Assembly (NCBI GenBank): GCA_036785375.1
Contig: JAWMAR010000635.1
Location: 682,001-746,000 of the forward strand
DNA length: 64,000 nucleotides
Direction: 5' to 3'
From: Leucoraja ocellata
Lineage: Eukaryota
In this document: positions 37,194-51,414 of the stretch, in pieces
Layout: every line of letters begins with the position of its first letter
Numbering within the stretch: the stretch's first letter is position 1
The notes under the pieces: generated by a model
The model's input: the letters and a program-made list of their open reading frames with translations, nothing else
What the model was told of the DNA's origin: nothing
Database searches by the model: none
Position numbers and translations under genes: made by a program

Positions 37194-39769
37194 GTACGGG
37201 CTTGTTTGTTTTTATGTGAGCATTCAACAATAAGTGTGAAGACTGATGTTAACACTGTTTGGGCAGCAACCCTAGTTTATCATATTTCATACAGAAATGT
37301 ATATATTTAAAACTTTGAAAACAATGGAATCTTTGGCCGGCTGTCTGTTTTATTGCTCCCACATTGTGAGCTACTGAAAGTACAAGCTGATGAAAGATTA
37401 GTTACAATAATACTGTTGAAAATGATACTGGAAACCTAAGCAACACATCCTAACAATTTGTGCCTGCTAAAATTATGTTGCGATCCCAAGCAAATGAAAT
37501 TAAATTCATAGCTCGAGGTCCTAGTGTTGAAAGTTTATGGATCGCTCTTTGTTGTCTGCTAATTTTGTGCTTTGACCTTGGGTGTTCTCAGCAGTTCGTC
37601 TTTGATGTCAGTGAAATTTAAATTCCACTGTGTCACCAAACTCTTAGTATGACGCAATCTTCTTTTTAGAGGTCACCCAAACTAAAATATTTAAACGTGT
37701 GGTGACCATGCCTACAATGTGGAAGGAAGTAAAACTAATTTTTAAATATACACCACATGGACCAATATTTTATAACTGATTATACTTTATTGTTTATAGC
37801 ATGTTTACTAAATTATTCAGCAGATTTGTAAAAATTCAGGTACAGATAGGTAATGAAACAGGAATATGGTTGTATTAGTTTCATATCTAATTTTCCAAAG
37901 AAAATGCACTAGGAAGGAAATATAAAGTGTATTGCTGCTAAGCGCTAGGAATGATCTCATTCAACAAATTTATAATAGAAAATGTAATGAAGGGGAATTC
38001 AATGTTTTTTTTTTTGAAATGGGAACAATTCTAAAAAATTGGGTCAATTTAGGAGAAATCTAGAAAACAAGTGCCAATGACAGCAATAAGTCAGAATAGT
38101 GATGGGCAAGTCGGATGTGAAGAGGAAATTGATGATTTACACCCTCCAGTGAATAAAAAGTTGTATTGAGAAACGGTTAACATGAATTGAATCTGCCGTG
38201 AACAAAAATGGAATAGGGAGCAAAATATTCACTTGAAGTAACAAAATCTGCTTTAACACCACCCTGTTTCCTAATGAAATTTCTGGCTGTAAATAAAATG
38301 CTCGTTCATTTTGGTTGAACATATGAATTTGAGGCCATGATAGCACAATGGTAAAGTCGTCTTAGACCCATGCTATTGAAAGGGCCTTAAGTAATGCCCC
38401 CTTTTCAATCGTGTGTTTTGTGGATGATTGGGGCAGTTGTGAATTGTGCCATTAATGGAGGGGTCAGCTGCTTCGAATCTTGAAGACGGGGGAGCACAAT
38501 CAATAGTCAGAGGGAAGTTATTGGCAAGGGCTGTAGTGTATTCTTGAAAGTTGGGAAGGTTTGAAGTCAATGGGGTGTTTGAGACTGGTATTATGTCATC
38601 GTCGGTCAGCAGAGTGTTTTGTAAGTACTGAAGTTCCACAAGCTTGGGAAGTGTTTGGGAATCATTAGATTTTGGGATTATGTGGGAACGTCACAAATCA
38701 AGTCAAGAATTTAAAGGTGACCTACTGCAATTGGGATTCCTGCCCTGGCCTGGACCATGCTAGGGAATGTTTGCCGTGAACCCCCATAAAAACAGGCGTC
38801 ACAGACTATTCATACCCTGCTTCTGTATGAGGAGCTTCTGAATCTCATAGACGTCACAGAGATGGTATACAGACACACTTTGCATGTCATGGGATATCAC
38901 AATACCTATCAAAGGTCTTTGGTATGCAGTCCAAGTTAGCCACACAGAGGACCCCAGCATGAAAATGGTGGAATTTACAATCTTGGTGGTAAGTCACAGA
39001 TTTATATTCATGTATTTTAATTTATCGTAGAATTAGGATTTGACATGGTGTTATGCAATTCAGTTTTGAGGCACAACAATTAACACTGCCATGGTCGATG
39101 TCTGGATTGACCATATTGACCAAACTGCTATTGGGGAAAATACATCCAGCATCCAATTTAATTGCACTAAGAAAGCACTTGACCCTTAAAGGCACAATTC
39201 TGCGTGGCTCATGAAGAAATCAAATGTGTCCTCTGCAACAGTGGTTGCACACTCGGGTCATTACACTCGGGTCTTAAGAAGAGGAAGGTAGGAGGGGAAG
39301 ACAAGGAACTGCAGCTCAGGGGGAGAGGTTGCTGATAGTGGAGTTAAGTACGTAATTGGAAGAAAGAGAAGTTATGCAGAAAGGGAAATTTAGAGGAGGA
39401 CATGGTGCATTTGAAATGGAAATGATCTACGAACATCGGACTGGAGGTGCATTTCACCTATTGACTCTATAAGGCAATCAGCCGCGTAGACCAGTGACTG
39501 TTAAAGTCACCATAGCATAAAATGTTGTTGGTTCATTGAGCAATAGCAGCACTGGGTCCATGCTATTGATGATCCATGGTACACAATTCTCATTCCCACC
39601 CCACATTGAATGGAAAGACCTTACTTATTTTGCAAGTTGTAGGGTGGGAATCGAGTTTGTATATCATGGACCAGTGATCTGACAGCTTAATATCCAAAGG
39701 AGGAAACCTCTAGGTTAAATTCTGATTCTGCAGGGATTTGAAGTATTTGATGGGGGAAATATGCAGGGT

Positions 39770-40420
39770 GATGAAGGTCATGGAGATAAGCATATGCACC
39801 AGAGTCGGGTGGGCCCCAATGGAAAGAGAGGGGGTGATGGGTTGGGTGGGGGCTATTGCTTGAAATTGGGGAATTCAATGTTCATACCTTTGGGTTGTAA
39901 CCTATCCAGAACAGTACTTTGTATTCTATGTGTGCACATCCAAATATGCACACACATTTCTTCCACCATCTCCCACTACCCCTGTCACCATGCTCCTTTC
40001 CACTCCTCCGTACATACATCTACCATCCCTGTCCCATATTTGCCCTTCATCCCTCACCACTTTTCTATCCCCCTTGTCCCATTCCACCCACATCCCTGCC
40101 TCTGGCTTAACGTCTCACACCTCATCTTCTTTCCTTGCCTTGCACCTTTTTGGCTGCTTTTCACCTCAAGCCTTGGTCACTTACTCCACCCATCTTCCAA
40201 TCACCTCCTTCACTTGTATTCACCTAGCACTTGGCAAGCTCTGCCACACCCCCACCCCTCTTTTCCAGCCTTTCCCTCCACTACATCAGTCCGACGAAGG
40301 GTCCCGACCTAGAACGTCATCTGACTAGTCTCTCCTCAGACACTGCCCGATCCACTGACTTCCTCCAGCAGCTTGCTTTGTGCTCGAGATCCCAGAATCT
40401 GCAGTTTCTCATGTCTCCTT
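39770..40420. mobile_element. Penelope-like element remnant: inverted GIY-YIG C-terminus plus a pyrimidine-rich terminal repeat
   Basis: Minus strand ~39861-39900 encodes LQPKGMNIEFPNF, the P.G.N end typical of PLE proteins. Plus strand 40285-40410 matches the PLE repeat family. Confidence 0.7.
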
Positions 40421-42119
40421 CTTTCTTTACCATCTCTACAAGCAATTGACGCAGGAAGGAACAAAATATTTGTCTGTAACATTTATTTTTTCAATGTTAG
40501 AAGGGTTGAACGAGTAATTATGTCAGTAACAGACAAACATAATTAATAGTCAGAAAATAATGCAGAAATATGTTTAAGATGTTTAAATGTTTCAGCCTAA
40601 GACAATTTCTGCTGATGAGTGGAGGACCAGTCCAATTGCAGGCCCGATTTAGAAGAAAGAGATGTTGAGAACTAGTCATACACTGTTTCAGGTTGTTTGG
40701 TTGGATCTGGTCTGTCTGTGTGCTTGTTTTGTTTGCACCTGCTTTGTTTAACGTGTGTAGTACAATGCTGTTGTTATGTTATTTGAATAAACTAATCCTA
40801 AACTTCCTCATCAATCTGCTTTGCACTTTGAATCATTTTTATATCTAGCATCACTATTTATTGCACAGTGATCAATTCATTTGCAATGCAAGAATTAGCT
40901 TGCTGCATCGTTTTGCAAGTTCCTATAGAACTTGGGAGACTAAGATTGAGATGGTACTTTTGCAAAGCCTATGGCAGATGAACAACATTTCAATATTTGT
41001 CTATAAATTAGTATCCGTTCATAAACTGATTTGCCCATAACTTTCTGTTTTTATGCAGTGAGGGTGCCATTGGCAAAGACAGAAGTTAGTACCTATCCTC
41101 AATATTGACTAGAATATGGATGGTGGGGGAGTTTGCAATGATAATGCTATTGAATGTATCAGCTTGTGCTTGAATATTGTTTAGGTGATTCTGCATTTGG
41201 ATGCTGACTGCTATATTTGCCAAGGAGCTGTGAATGGAATTTGGAAAAACGAGGATGGTTGATATAAGTGATTCCATGTGCAAAGCTGCTTGTTGAGGAA
41301 GTTTAGAATCCAATTTATTCAAATAACAAGACAGCTGTATGACACAACATACATTAAACAAAGCAGGTACAATCCAAATGAATACATTAACAGACCAGTA
41401 GGAACCAAATGACAGTGGTGTATTCGTATGTCTTCTGTGACTGCATCTTGACTGCCCTGAATCTTATAACTCAAACTGGCAATTGGAGTTGTCCACCAAT
41501 GCTCAGCAGAAATAGTCTTGGGCTGAAATACTTATCTTTTAGCAGTGCAGGACCCTCTTGAACTATCCATTTTCTGTCTTTAATTAGGAATTACAAAATG
41601 AGCAAAACTTTGAAATCCACAATAGCTGAATTATTTTCACTATAGTTGGTTTTACTTTGCATTCTATGTCACATTGTCAAACTTCTTAACACCTCTTGTT
41701 GTTAGCAGAATATTCTGAACATTTCTAAATAAACTCTCTTAATGCTTCTGACTAGCTCTTTTTTAAAAATAATCCCTTGATGTGATTTTAATGGCATATA
41801 ATATATTTGCATAAACTTCAGATTCTCTGTCGATTCCCCTCCGTTGAATTCTGGTGGATTTATTTATCCTGTTTTTCCAGTAAATAAACTAATACTCTAT
41901 AGCAGGAGAGGAAATTTGTGTCTTATCTCTTTTGAGTAATAGAGCTGCTTTCTTCTTAGGCTGAGCTGTTGCTTAAAGATCTCATCTTTGTATCTGTTTA
42001 ACACCCTGCAGCTCCAAATTTCTGTACTTTGAAAGCAAATGACTTTTTTTGACCTATCATCTCTTTAATCTTGCCTATTATTCCTGTTTTGTGATCTGAA
42101 CTTGTATTCCTACTACAAA

Positions 42120-42362
42120 GGGAAACATTTAAAAGGGATCTGAGGGGGTAACTTTTTCCACAGAGTGGGTGATGGTAAAATGGAAAGAGCTGCCAGTAAC
42201 ATTAGCAGGTGTAATTATGACATTTAAAAGATCTTAATTCAGGTACATGCATAGGAAAGGGTTCAAGGGATATGGGGTAAACACAGTCGAATGGGACTAG
42301 CTATTGGCATGAATAATTTGGGATAATGGTGCCTGCGTTTGTGCTACATGATTCTGATTCTA
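42120..42362 (+). mobile_element. Degenerate CR1 3' fragment
   Basis: tttaaaagggatctgaggggtaacttttt..cagag..tggaaagagctgccag..gggatatgggg..tgggactag. Confidence 0.7.
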
Positions 42363-43574
42363 ATGCATTTAGTTATTTTCCTGGGGATGTGTTACTACTG
42401 TACCTTTACACAGTCAACCATTGTCCTAAAACCCCTCGGAGATATTTATCACCTGGTGTCTACCTCACCATTGTAGCTAATATTCTTTTGTCAGCATTAC
42501 CTGACATTGCATTATAACCACAAGCATCCCCACGTCTGACCTTTTATAATGGAAAGTTCATTGATGTAGCTGTAAAGAAAATTGGTGATAGGATATTTCA
42601 TGAGAGTACCTACAGTGATGTCTTGCGTGGGATAATGAAGCTTCCAACATCCACGATCATTTTCCTTTGTGTAATGCATGATTACAATTATTAGGATAGT
42701 AACGGAACCATGTAGCGTGGAAACGGGCCATTCGGCCCACCTCGATAATGCTGACAAATGGGGACCCATCCTTATTAATCCCACTTTCTAGGACTTGGCC
42801 CAGAGGTTTCTAGACCTAGGGAATTCTAGTGCTCACTAGGGCACTAGAAACGTTTTTCTACAGTCTACCCTATCAATATCCTTCATAATTTTAAAAACTT
42901 CAATGACGCAACCTCCTAACTACTTCCTCTGCTCCAGAGAAACCAGACCTAGCCTCAGCAGTCTCTCTTCAGAACTGAAGAACTAAATTCCAGGCAACAT
43001 CCTCATGAATTGATATTGATATTCATTGACTTTTTTTTCATTGTGGAGTTGTAACGTTACACTCAGATAAACGTGACCTCGATGTCATGAGCACCCTCAC
43101 CGTGCCTTGTTAATTCAACTGTTTGTTTCATTCTTGGGCCATGATTGTGATGTGGTCTGGAGTCGGCAAGCCCTGACTGAACCAAAAATGAATAATATTG
43201 AGCATGTTATGGCGAGGAAATGCAGCTTATAGTTCTACGGACAATACCTTCCATTACTTTCTGGCAAATGAGAAGCTACCAGCTAGGTAGAAATGAACTG
43301 GATTGAATTTGTCCGTGTTGTTTTGATGATGGGATAAATCTGGACATTTTTCCATATTGCCATGCTTATTAAAATCTTGTAACCAACAGTTAATTAAAAT
43401 CTTGTGACCAACAGGATGAAACAGTTTAATTAGAGTTGTGGAATACTACTTCTGGACCACAGCTTTTCCCTCTGCATGCCGTTCTATACCGAAAGTATTT
43501 GGTTGTACCCATTGCTCTCAGTGATTTTCAATATCATGTGAATTAATTCAAATTGGTTGGAAACTGAAGGAAAA

Positions 43575-43790
43575 AGGAAGTGTAGATGGAGAACATGGAT
43601 AGGTATTGTTTCGGGTCAAGACCCTTCTTCAGACTAACATGGATAGGCAACATTTTGGGACGTATTCTAACAATGTTTCTTTTGAACTACATTTATTTTG
43701 TGATTTTTCTTGACCTAAAACATTGCCTCTCCATGTTCTCTTCTTTAGCGATGCTGCCTGCCCTGCTGAATTACTACAGCACCTTTATTT
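43575..43790. mobile_element. PLE-derived repeat with a minus-strand hammerhead-like core
   Basis: Minus strand 43608-43632 reads CTGAAGA-A-GGG-TCTTGA-CCC-GAAAC; a degenerate inverted partner lies at ~43705-43790. Confidence 0.7.
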
Positions 43791-44192
43791 AGAAACTGAC
43801 CTCTTCAGTGGTGGGGACTTTGTATGGAAATAAGACTAAATAGATTATCCATTCAATGCTGCTAGCTGAAAATATTTGCAAATACTTCAGCATTGTCTTT
43901 GGCGTAAGCATACCAAGCTCTACCTTTCTAGATGATGGGAATCTTCCTGTCAAATGTTCATTTGCCCCTTATAATGCAGAATGCAGCAGTCCTGCAGTAC
44001 TATTCAGGATGGAGGAGTATAATTCAACAGCTCAAGGAAGATGGTAAATGATAATCAGGAGGGTGCATCCTTTTATTCTGGAGTCACTCTGACTGCTTTA
44101 GACCGGAAGTACTCAGCTAGATGAACCTACTTTGCATCTGATCCAAACCAGAAATACTCAGCCTTCAACTTGTACATTTCTTTTGGAGCTAA

Positions 44193-45130
44193 TATAACAT
44201 ATAACCATATAACAATTACAGCACAGAAACAGGCCATCTCGACCCTTCTAGTCCGTGCCGAACACATAATCTCCCCTAGTCCCATATACCTGCGCTCAGA
44301 CCATAACCCTCCATTCCCTTCCCATCCATATAACTATCCAATTTATTTTTAAATGATAAAAACGAACCTGCCTCCACCACCTTCACTGGAAGCTCATTCC
44401 ACACAGCTACCACTCTCTGAGTAAAGAAGTTCCCCCTCATGTTACCCCTAAACTTCAGTCCCTTAATTCTCATGTCATGTCCCCTTGTTTGAATCTTCCC
44501 TACTCTCAGTGGGAAAAGCTTTTCCACATCAACTCTGTCCATCCCTCTCATCATTTTAAAAACCTCTATCAAGTCCCCCCTTAACCTTCTGCGCTCCAAA
44601 GAATAAAGCCCCAACTTGTTCAACCTTTCTCTGCAACTTAGTTGCTGAAACCCAGGCAACATTCTAGTAAATCTCCTCTGTACTCTCTATTTTGTTGACA
44701 TCCTTCCTATAATTAGGCGACCAAAATTGTACACCATACTCCAGAATTGGCCTCACCAATGCCTTGTACAATTTTAACATTACATCCCAACTTCTATACT
44801 CAATGCTCTGATTTATAAAGGCCAGCACACCAAAAGCTTTCTTTACCACCCTATCTACATGAGATTCCACTTTCAGGGAACTGTGCATAGTTATTCCCAG
44901 ATCCCTCTGTTCACCTACATTCTTCAATTCCCTACCATTTACCATGTACGTCCTATTTTGATTTGTCCTGCCAAGATGTAGCACCTCACACTTATCAGCA
45001 TTCAACTCCATCTGCCATCTTTCAGCCCACTCTTCCAACTGGCATAAATCTCTCTGTAGACTTTGAAACTCTACTTCATTACCCGCAACCCCACCTATCT
45101 TAGTATCATCTGCATACTTACTAATCCAAT
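44193..45130 (-). mobile_element. Young 5'-truncated CR1 LINE (ORF2 C-terminus plus 3'UTR)
   Basis: KYADDTKIGG, WAERWQMELNADKCEVLHLG, LYKALVRPILEYGVQFWSP and GLYSLERRRLRGDLIEVFK..RGNFFTQRVVAVWNELP. One frameshift separates ORFs 44664-45038 and 44276-44662. GTTATAT-type tail. Confidence 0.95.
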
Positions 45131-46004
45131 GTCAGAAATGCATTCCAACAATTGAAAGTTTTTTCTTGTATACATTTATTTAGTGCTTTTTAAGAATTAG
45201 TTACCAAAACAGATAGAGGAGTAAAAGAAAGTAAAACCAATCTTCAATATTCTTCTGCATGAATTGTGTGTTGTTGCTATAGAACTATATAAAGAAACAA
45301 CAAGTACATGATTACTGTCTTAACACACAAACAATATGTGCAGCTGTCTTTAAATAGATGCTCTTCTCTTCGTAGAGATTATGAACTTAATGTCAGTAAC
45401 ACACATAGTTTCACTTTGTGGCAATATTTTGAATATTGAGGCCAGAGGTATTTTTATTCAAATGTAGAGCCCAACATTATGAAAATTACATTCATTCATC
45501 ACATGAGCCTTGCTGTTGAAATGTCTTGTGTTATATTATCTTTAAAACAATAGGCAAATTGGAGCATGAATGAGCAGGAATCTTGAGGCAGGTCAGCATA
45601 GGTTAATGTGAACAGAAGGTAGAAGTATGGTTACATCTTCTGTGAATTAATCCATGATTTGCTATTGCGTGCCATTTTTGAACTCTTTAGCGTCAACCTG
45701 AATGGACAATTTAATCCTGTTTTGTCATCCACAAAATTCAAATGAGGCAGGACAGGGAAGGGAAGGTATTTTAGAAAAAGATGGATTAGCACCTTTCAGT
45801 AAATGATTATGAATATTATACAGGTCTGCTTGGTTTGGCCTGAGACCTTGTGTGATTCCCTGCAAAAGAATGAATGATCCGGTAAATTGACAAGTAGACG
45901 ATCATTGACTTCCACTGTAAAGTCCAGACTCACAATTAGACTTTAATGCTGCTTGCAACATCTTGCAGAGAAATGGCAATATTATGCGCCCTGTGTATTT
46001 AATT

Positions 46005-46288
46005 CAGCTTTGTTTTGGTTTTGAGATGCAGCGAGGAAGCAGGCTCTTTGACCTACCCTGACCCAAAATCACCCCGTACACTGGTCCTATCCTACACTCT
46101 AGGGACAATTTACAAACATTGATTAACCAACAAACCTGGACGTCTTTGGAATGTGGGAGGAAACTGGAGCACCTGGAGAATACCCACACGGTCATAGGAA
46201 CCCTTCAGACAGCACCTGTAGTCAGGATCGAACCCGGGTCTCTAACCCTGTAAGGCAACAACTCTACCACTGCGCAACTGTGCCGCCC
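46005..46288 (-). mobile_element. V-SINE
   Basis: Reverse complement of the 1730-2023 family: ggatcgaacc B-box and tgtgggaggaaactggagcacctggagaa V-domain. Confidence 0.9.
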
Positions 46289-47378
46289 AATATTCTTGTC
46301 ACAAAGGTTCCAAAGAAGCTAAAAACACACAGATACGTATTCTTTTTGTTAATCCACATAACAAATATTCAACCAACATGTCAATTCTTCGCCTTGCAGA
46401 ATCCGATTCATGCTAGTTAACATACGAAAACATTGATGTGTAAAGGATCCTGTCCTATGTTCAATGTTTGCGTTAAATGGAAGCGAGGCAACTCAGTTCT
46501 ACAAAACATGATATTGTGCTAACTTGTTTGCATTTTCTGTTTTTGTGAATGCAGCTCCATTATTTGAATATACTCCTGATAAGATGCACAAAACCACTGT
46601 TCCAAGCACATGTTAAGCTGTCACTCCTCAATGTGGTTTTAACTCGGCCTATACAATGCTCTCGCTGACCTGAAATATACAGCTTTTGCTTTCTAGCCTT
46701 GGCTAAATTTAAAGAAGGTAATTAATTAATTAACTTTGCCCATAAATTGCCCCGAAGAAGCCTCTTGGAATTTCATTTGCCTTCAGTCTCTGGCAGAATA
46801 GAAAAAATATGTTAAATGAACCTCATTCATACCCTAAGCCAGTTTCCATTCTTTAATTGAGACCTGGTGTCACATGGGAGATATTACCATTATATCTATA
46901 CAGATTTGCAGCTAATTTTCTGAAAGTTCATACTTATCACGTATCAACATACGTATTCGTTATTGTTACGTAATTGCATTCGAATATGTATTTGTTAGGA
47001 TTACGTTATTCATACGGATCAACAAAGGAACTATGAATCAGCAAAGGATAGGCAAACGAGAAACTATCGTGTTTAAAATTCTAAATTACCGATCAGAGTT
47101 GGCAGTGCACATGAGCTGTCAAATTTGAAAGAATTTGCAGTTTCTTTTGACCAAGATTTTTATTTCTGTATTTAAACTGACCATTTACAGCTGAGAGTAT
47201 GATTTGGAACAAAGTGTTGCACATTTACAAGAAATAAAATCAGGAAAGTTGGGGAGTACTTGGCATCAGGCTGCAACTGTGGAGAAAAAAATGGAGTTAG
47301 CCTGTCAGATCGATGAGTTAAGAATCTAATTGTATCATTAAACATAATCAATTTCTAGTACCTGTATATTATCATGTA

Positions 47379-48307
47379 CAGGTGCACAACCTTTTATCCG
47401 GTGTTCCGGAAACCGAAAACCTCCGAAAACCGGCCATTTTTCCCAGGATGTCATCGGCACACCAAAGCTCGCGTTTGGCGCCAAACTTGACCCGAAACGA
47501 CCCACGGTCAACCCGGGTCTGTACTACTGTAGCGGCTGCCTCCTCCCCGGAGACCGGGGAGACACTTAAACATCTGTAAATCATTGCTTAAATATTAGTC
47601 AGTTAGTTTGGAGGGATTTTATGTGAAGGGGGGGTTGAAGGGGTAAACTTTAATTCTTAGTCCCCTACCTGGTCGGAGAGATGGGGAGCGATCAATGCCT
47701 TACCGGGTCGCCGTGCAGTAAGCTCCGCAGCGCTGTGGCCGCTCAACATACAGCTGGGGCTGCGGGCGGCGCCGGTTGTAGCTCCGACCCCGGCAACTCT
47801 ACCCCTGGCTGCGAGGCGCTCCAAGAGCGGGCAATGCCTTACCGGGTCGCTGTGCGGTAAGCTCCAGGGCGCGGAGGCCGCCTTCTCCCAACATTCGCGG
47901 AGCTGGGGCCGCGGGCGGCGCTGGATTTGGAGCGCCTCGCAGCCAGGGGTAGAGTTGCCGGGGTCGGAGCTACAACCGGCGCCGCCCGCGGCCGGACGGA
48001 GCCCCCAGCTCCGCGATGTTGGGAGTCGCCGACCAGGTAGGGCACTAAGAATTAAAGTTTCCCCCTAAAGTTTCTCCCACCCCACCACCACCACATAAAA
48101 TCCCTCCAAACTAACTGACTAACATTTATGCAATGATTTACCATGATTCCCCGGTCTCCGGGGAGGAGGCAGTTGCTCCAGACTTTTCAAGCCGCCCGCG
48201 CTACCTACCTAATCTACGCTAAAAATCTTCCATTCGGAAATCCGAAAATGTCCGAAATCCGACAAGTGTCTGGTCCCAAGGCTTTTGGATAAAAGGTTGT
48301 GCACCTG
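47379..48307. mobile_element. Tc1/mariner (pogo/Tigger-like) non-autonomous element
   Basis: TA|CAGGTGCACAACCTTTTATCC ... GGATAAAAGGTTGTGCACCTG|TA: perfect 21-bp TIRs and a TA TSD. The GC-rich interior has internal inverted duplications. Confidence 0.92.
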
Positions 48308-49582
48308 TACTGCATTTGCTGCTTGTGCAAATGTGGATGTTTTTGATTGTTAGCTGAAGATATTCAAAGTGTTAAGCTATAGATCATGGTCTGCAGGTTG
48401 TTAAAATGCTCTAATGATTGGTAACAAGTTTTTTCATTAATCAAAATCCGTTAAGTGCAAAACACAAATGTAAAATTGTGATGAACAAAACTTCTCAGGC
48501 AAAACTAAATATTTTTTTGTATAAAATATCAGAAGCAGCTATAATGTTAGCCACGGTACCTGAGGGAACTCTGAAACAAATCAGCTGTACTGTATTTTTT
48601 TTTCTGCAGCATTCCAGATAATTTGGTAATCCTTTTAAGAAAGTAATCACACTTTGAGTTCCAAGTATGAATAGAAGCAAGGAGTATCATTACACCTGCA
48701 AACCTGAATAATCTGGTTGCTATAGAAATTGCATGCCTCTTTTCATAACATATTATGATACCAATATCAGCCAACCTTACCAGTCTGGAAATTGAACCAT
48801 TTTGATCTCATTCCTGCATTCAATAAAATTTTCACATGTTTTTCTCACTGGCTCTTGCTGTCTCTCCATCCAACATTTACTCACCAACCTTTCGCCCATG
48901 AATAAATTTAAATTTATTCTTTTAGTTTATTGCGCCTGGTAAAATTTCTTAAAACGCATTTCTATCTGTTGTCTGTACTGATATGAAGAATTCCAGTCCA
49001 TTGCTTATCTCTTGGTTCTCTATAGTGCAAGACGCAATGTAATAGTCTAAGGACCACTGCAGGACCACCTTGTTGGTGATCATGGGGAAATGCTGCATTC
49101 ATGGTTGAAGTTTGGTGTGTTGCTCAGTATCATGGGCAAGGAATGAGAAGGAAGTGAGAATTGTTGTAGATTAGATGATTTGCATTTTGGTGATAATAGG
49201 CGTTGCCTGGATTGGACCATGAACAGTGTGTGATTAGAATAACTCAGGTGATGAATAACTCGGGTGAGGGGGTGTTTGGAAAGTCGGAAAGGAAAAGATT
49301 TTATAGGATGGCAAATTGCCAGACTATATTAGCAGAGAAAAATACTTCTAATCAAAGGCAAGGCAGAGAAAAATGATTCGAAAGACATAAATGACGGCCT
49401 GTGTATAAATTGGGAAGTGTAGGGTATAGGATAAATCAGGAATTTAGAGCTATGTGCAACAGCATGATCAAGGAGATTTTAACCCGAGTATAAAATGAAT
49501 AGTTCAAATACTGTCAATGACAAATTTGTTTATGTGTAAGAGATAGCATTCTAGATCAGTATGTTGTGGAACCAGCAAGGGT

Positions 49583-50080
49583 ACCACCCTGAGGCCAGAT
49601 ATCCTCCTGGTCTCAGAGGCGACCAAAAACATTGTCTTGTTGGAACTGACAGTGCCGTGGGAGGACCGTCTGGAGGAGGCCCACGAGAGGAAGGTGGCCA
49701 AGTATGAAGAGCTGGTCATAGACTGCCGTAAGCAGGGCTGGAAGGCAAGGTGTATGCCCATCGAGGTTGGGTGCAGAGGTTTTGCAGGGCAATCGCTCTA
49801 CAAAGCCTTGAATGCACTGGGCATCAACGGAGTGGCAAGGAGAAGGGCCATTAAGAACACCACAGAGGCAGTGGAGAAGGCATCAAGATGGCTCTGGATC
49901 AGGAGAGGAGGTCCATGGGGAGGAGCGAATGCCACCTGAACACAAGTCGTGGTCTGATCAACCACGGCTGGGTCGCCTGGGTGAGGGTGTCTGATGTTGA
50001 AAGACCCGAAACACCCAATGGCACTATGTTACAGCACTGATGATGTGTTCAGGAGCATCTATCGATGTATTTGTATCAAT
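49583..50080 (+). mobile_element. HERO-type non-LTR retrotransposon 3' end (restriction-like endonuclease domain plus 3'UTR)
   Basis: Uninterrupted frame TTLRPDILLVSEATKNIVLLELTVPWEDRLEEAHERKVAKY..PIEVGCRGF..SRWLW, stop at 49937-49939. This is the RPD..E..K.KY endonuclease signature of R2/NeSL/HERO elements. Confidence 0.88.
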
Positions 50081-50204
50081 CAAAGAGCTAGTATTGTGTA
50101 ATGAGAAATGTTTAGGTGATAGTATGGTGGATAAGAGGTGATTCAAGAACAAATATGAAAGCATTTTATATAAAGGTTTAAAGCAATTTAGATGTGCATG
50201 ATAC

Positions 50205-50330
50205 TTCAGATGCTGGTATCTTATTCGGGAGCAAAAAAAAGAAACTGCTGGAATTCAGCAGGTCATGCAGCATCTGTCAAGGGAAATAGACAAACTACAT
50301 TTTGGGTCAGGGCAGTTCTTCATACTGATG
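50205..50330 (-). mobile_element. Degenerate PLE-derived repeat
   Basis: cagatgctgg..aaactgctggaattcagcaggtcatgcagcatctg..ttttgggtcagg..ttcttcatactga. Confidence 0.6.
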
Positions 50331-51414
50331 ACTCCGAAGGAAGTACATTTAACTGTTAAACAAACTGAACATTTTGTCTGTCTTCGTGGAAGAAAAAAGC
50401 CTCCCAGAAAAGAGATCTGCAGAATTAGTGAGTAAGGGTCTCCTGAAAATGAGCATTGGTGAAATTAAAGAATTTGAAAGCTGCTAAAATGATGAGCAGT
50501 GTCTTAAAGTTCTTTTTGGGAGGTAGCTATGGAGAATTGTGATGAACAAGATGTCATGTTTGGAAATTGCACATGTTTCCAAAGATTGGAAAATGAAAAA
50601 TTAAGACACCAGGAGGGAGAAACGAGGAACTACAGATCAATTAGTCTGATGTTAGCCAGGTAAATGCTGGAGTCTAATTTTAAAGAAGTTCTTAGAAAAA
50701 AGGATGCCTTGGTGAAAAAAAATAGTTTGGCAAGATTCAATGTGGGTTTGGGAAAGAGAACATAAATCTGCTAAAACGTTTTGAGATTGTAACCAATAGT
50801 GTAAAAAGGGATGCTGCAGCTGATGTGAATATGGACTTTTAGGGTAAGGGGTAGAAAGAAAACATATTTGATAAAGGGGCAACACGTTCTGCTATGTACA
50901 GAACTCCCTGGTCGATACGTTAATGAGAAAAGCTAGGGAGAAAAAAACAAACTAAAGGGTATATTAAACATGAGAAATAAGTTTGAATCAACTACCTTTG
51001 GTGTTTTTGGGCATGGTGCAATAAATGTTGGGATTGGAAGCAATTGATTTTGTTTTAAAATCTTCTCTTTACTTGTTACCTTTACAATCATTCATTTCTT
51101 CTGTTATGTTGTGCTTGTGTTCTATTTACTCCATCCCTTCTTATTGCTTATTATATGTTATTGCCAATAATTATCTCAATTTCTTCCACCTGTGGTACTC
51201 TCAACAGATATCTCAGGTTTGCTGTTTACAGCATTTTCTGTTGTTTTAAAAACTTTTATTACAGATTTCCAACATCCACATTTTGTTCAGGATATTTCTA
51301 GATTTTACATTTTATAAGATCACAAGATCGCCTGGAAAAGTACAGTAATTCAAAGAATGCCATTTAACTGGAATTAGAGTTTGATCTTTAGGTTTTATTG
51401 ACATTTTTAGTAAT

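Noticed and set aside
39761-40449. 183-aa and 132-aa His/Pro/Ser-rich ORFs
   Set aside because: Low-complexity C/T-rich Penelope terminal-repeat sequence.
43368-43413. Short micro-duplications (also ~39249-39273, ~49238-49268, ~53062-53086) and (AAAT)n at ~32617-32641
   Set aside because: Ordinary slippage products with no sign of function.
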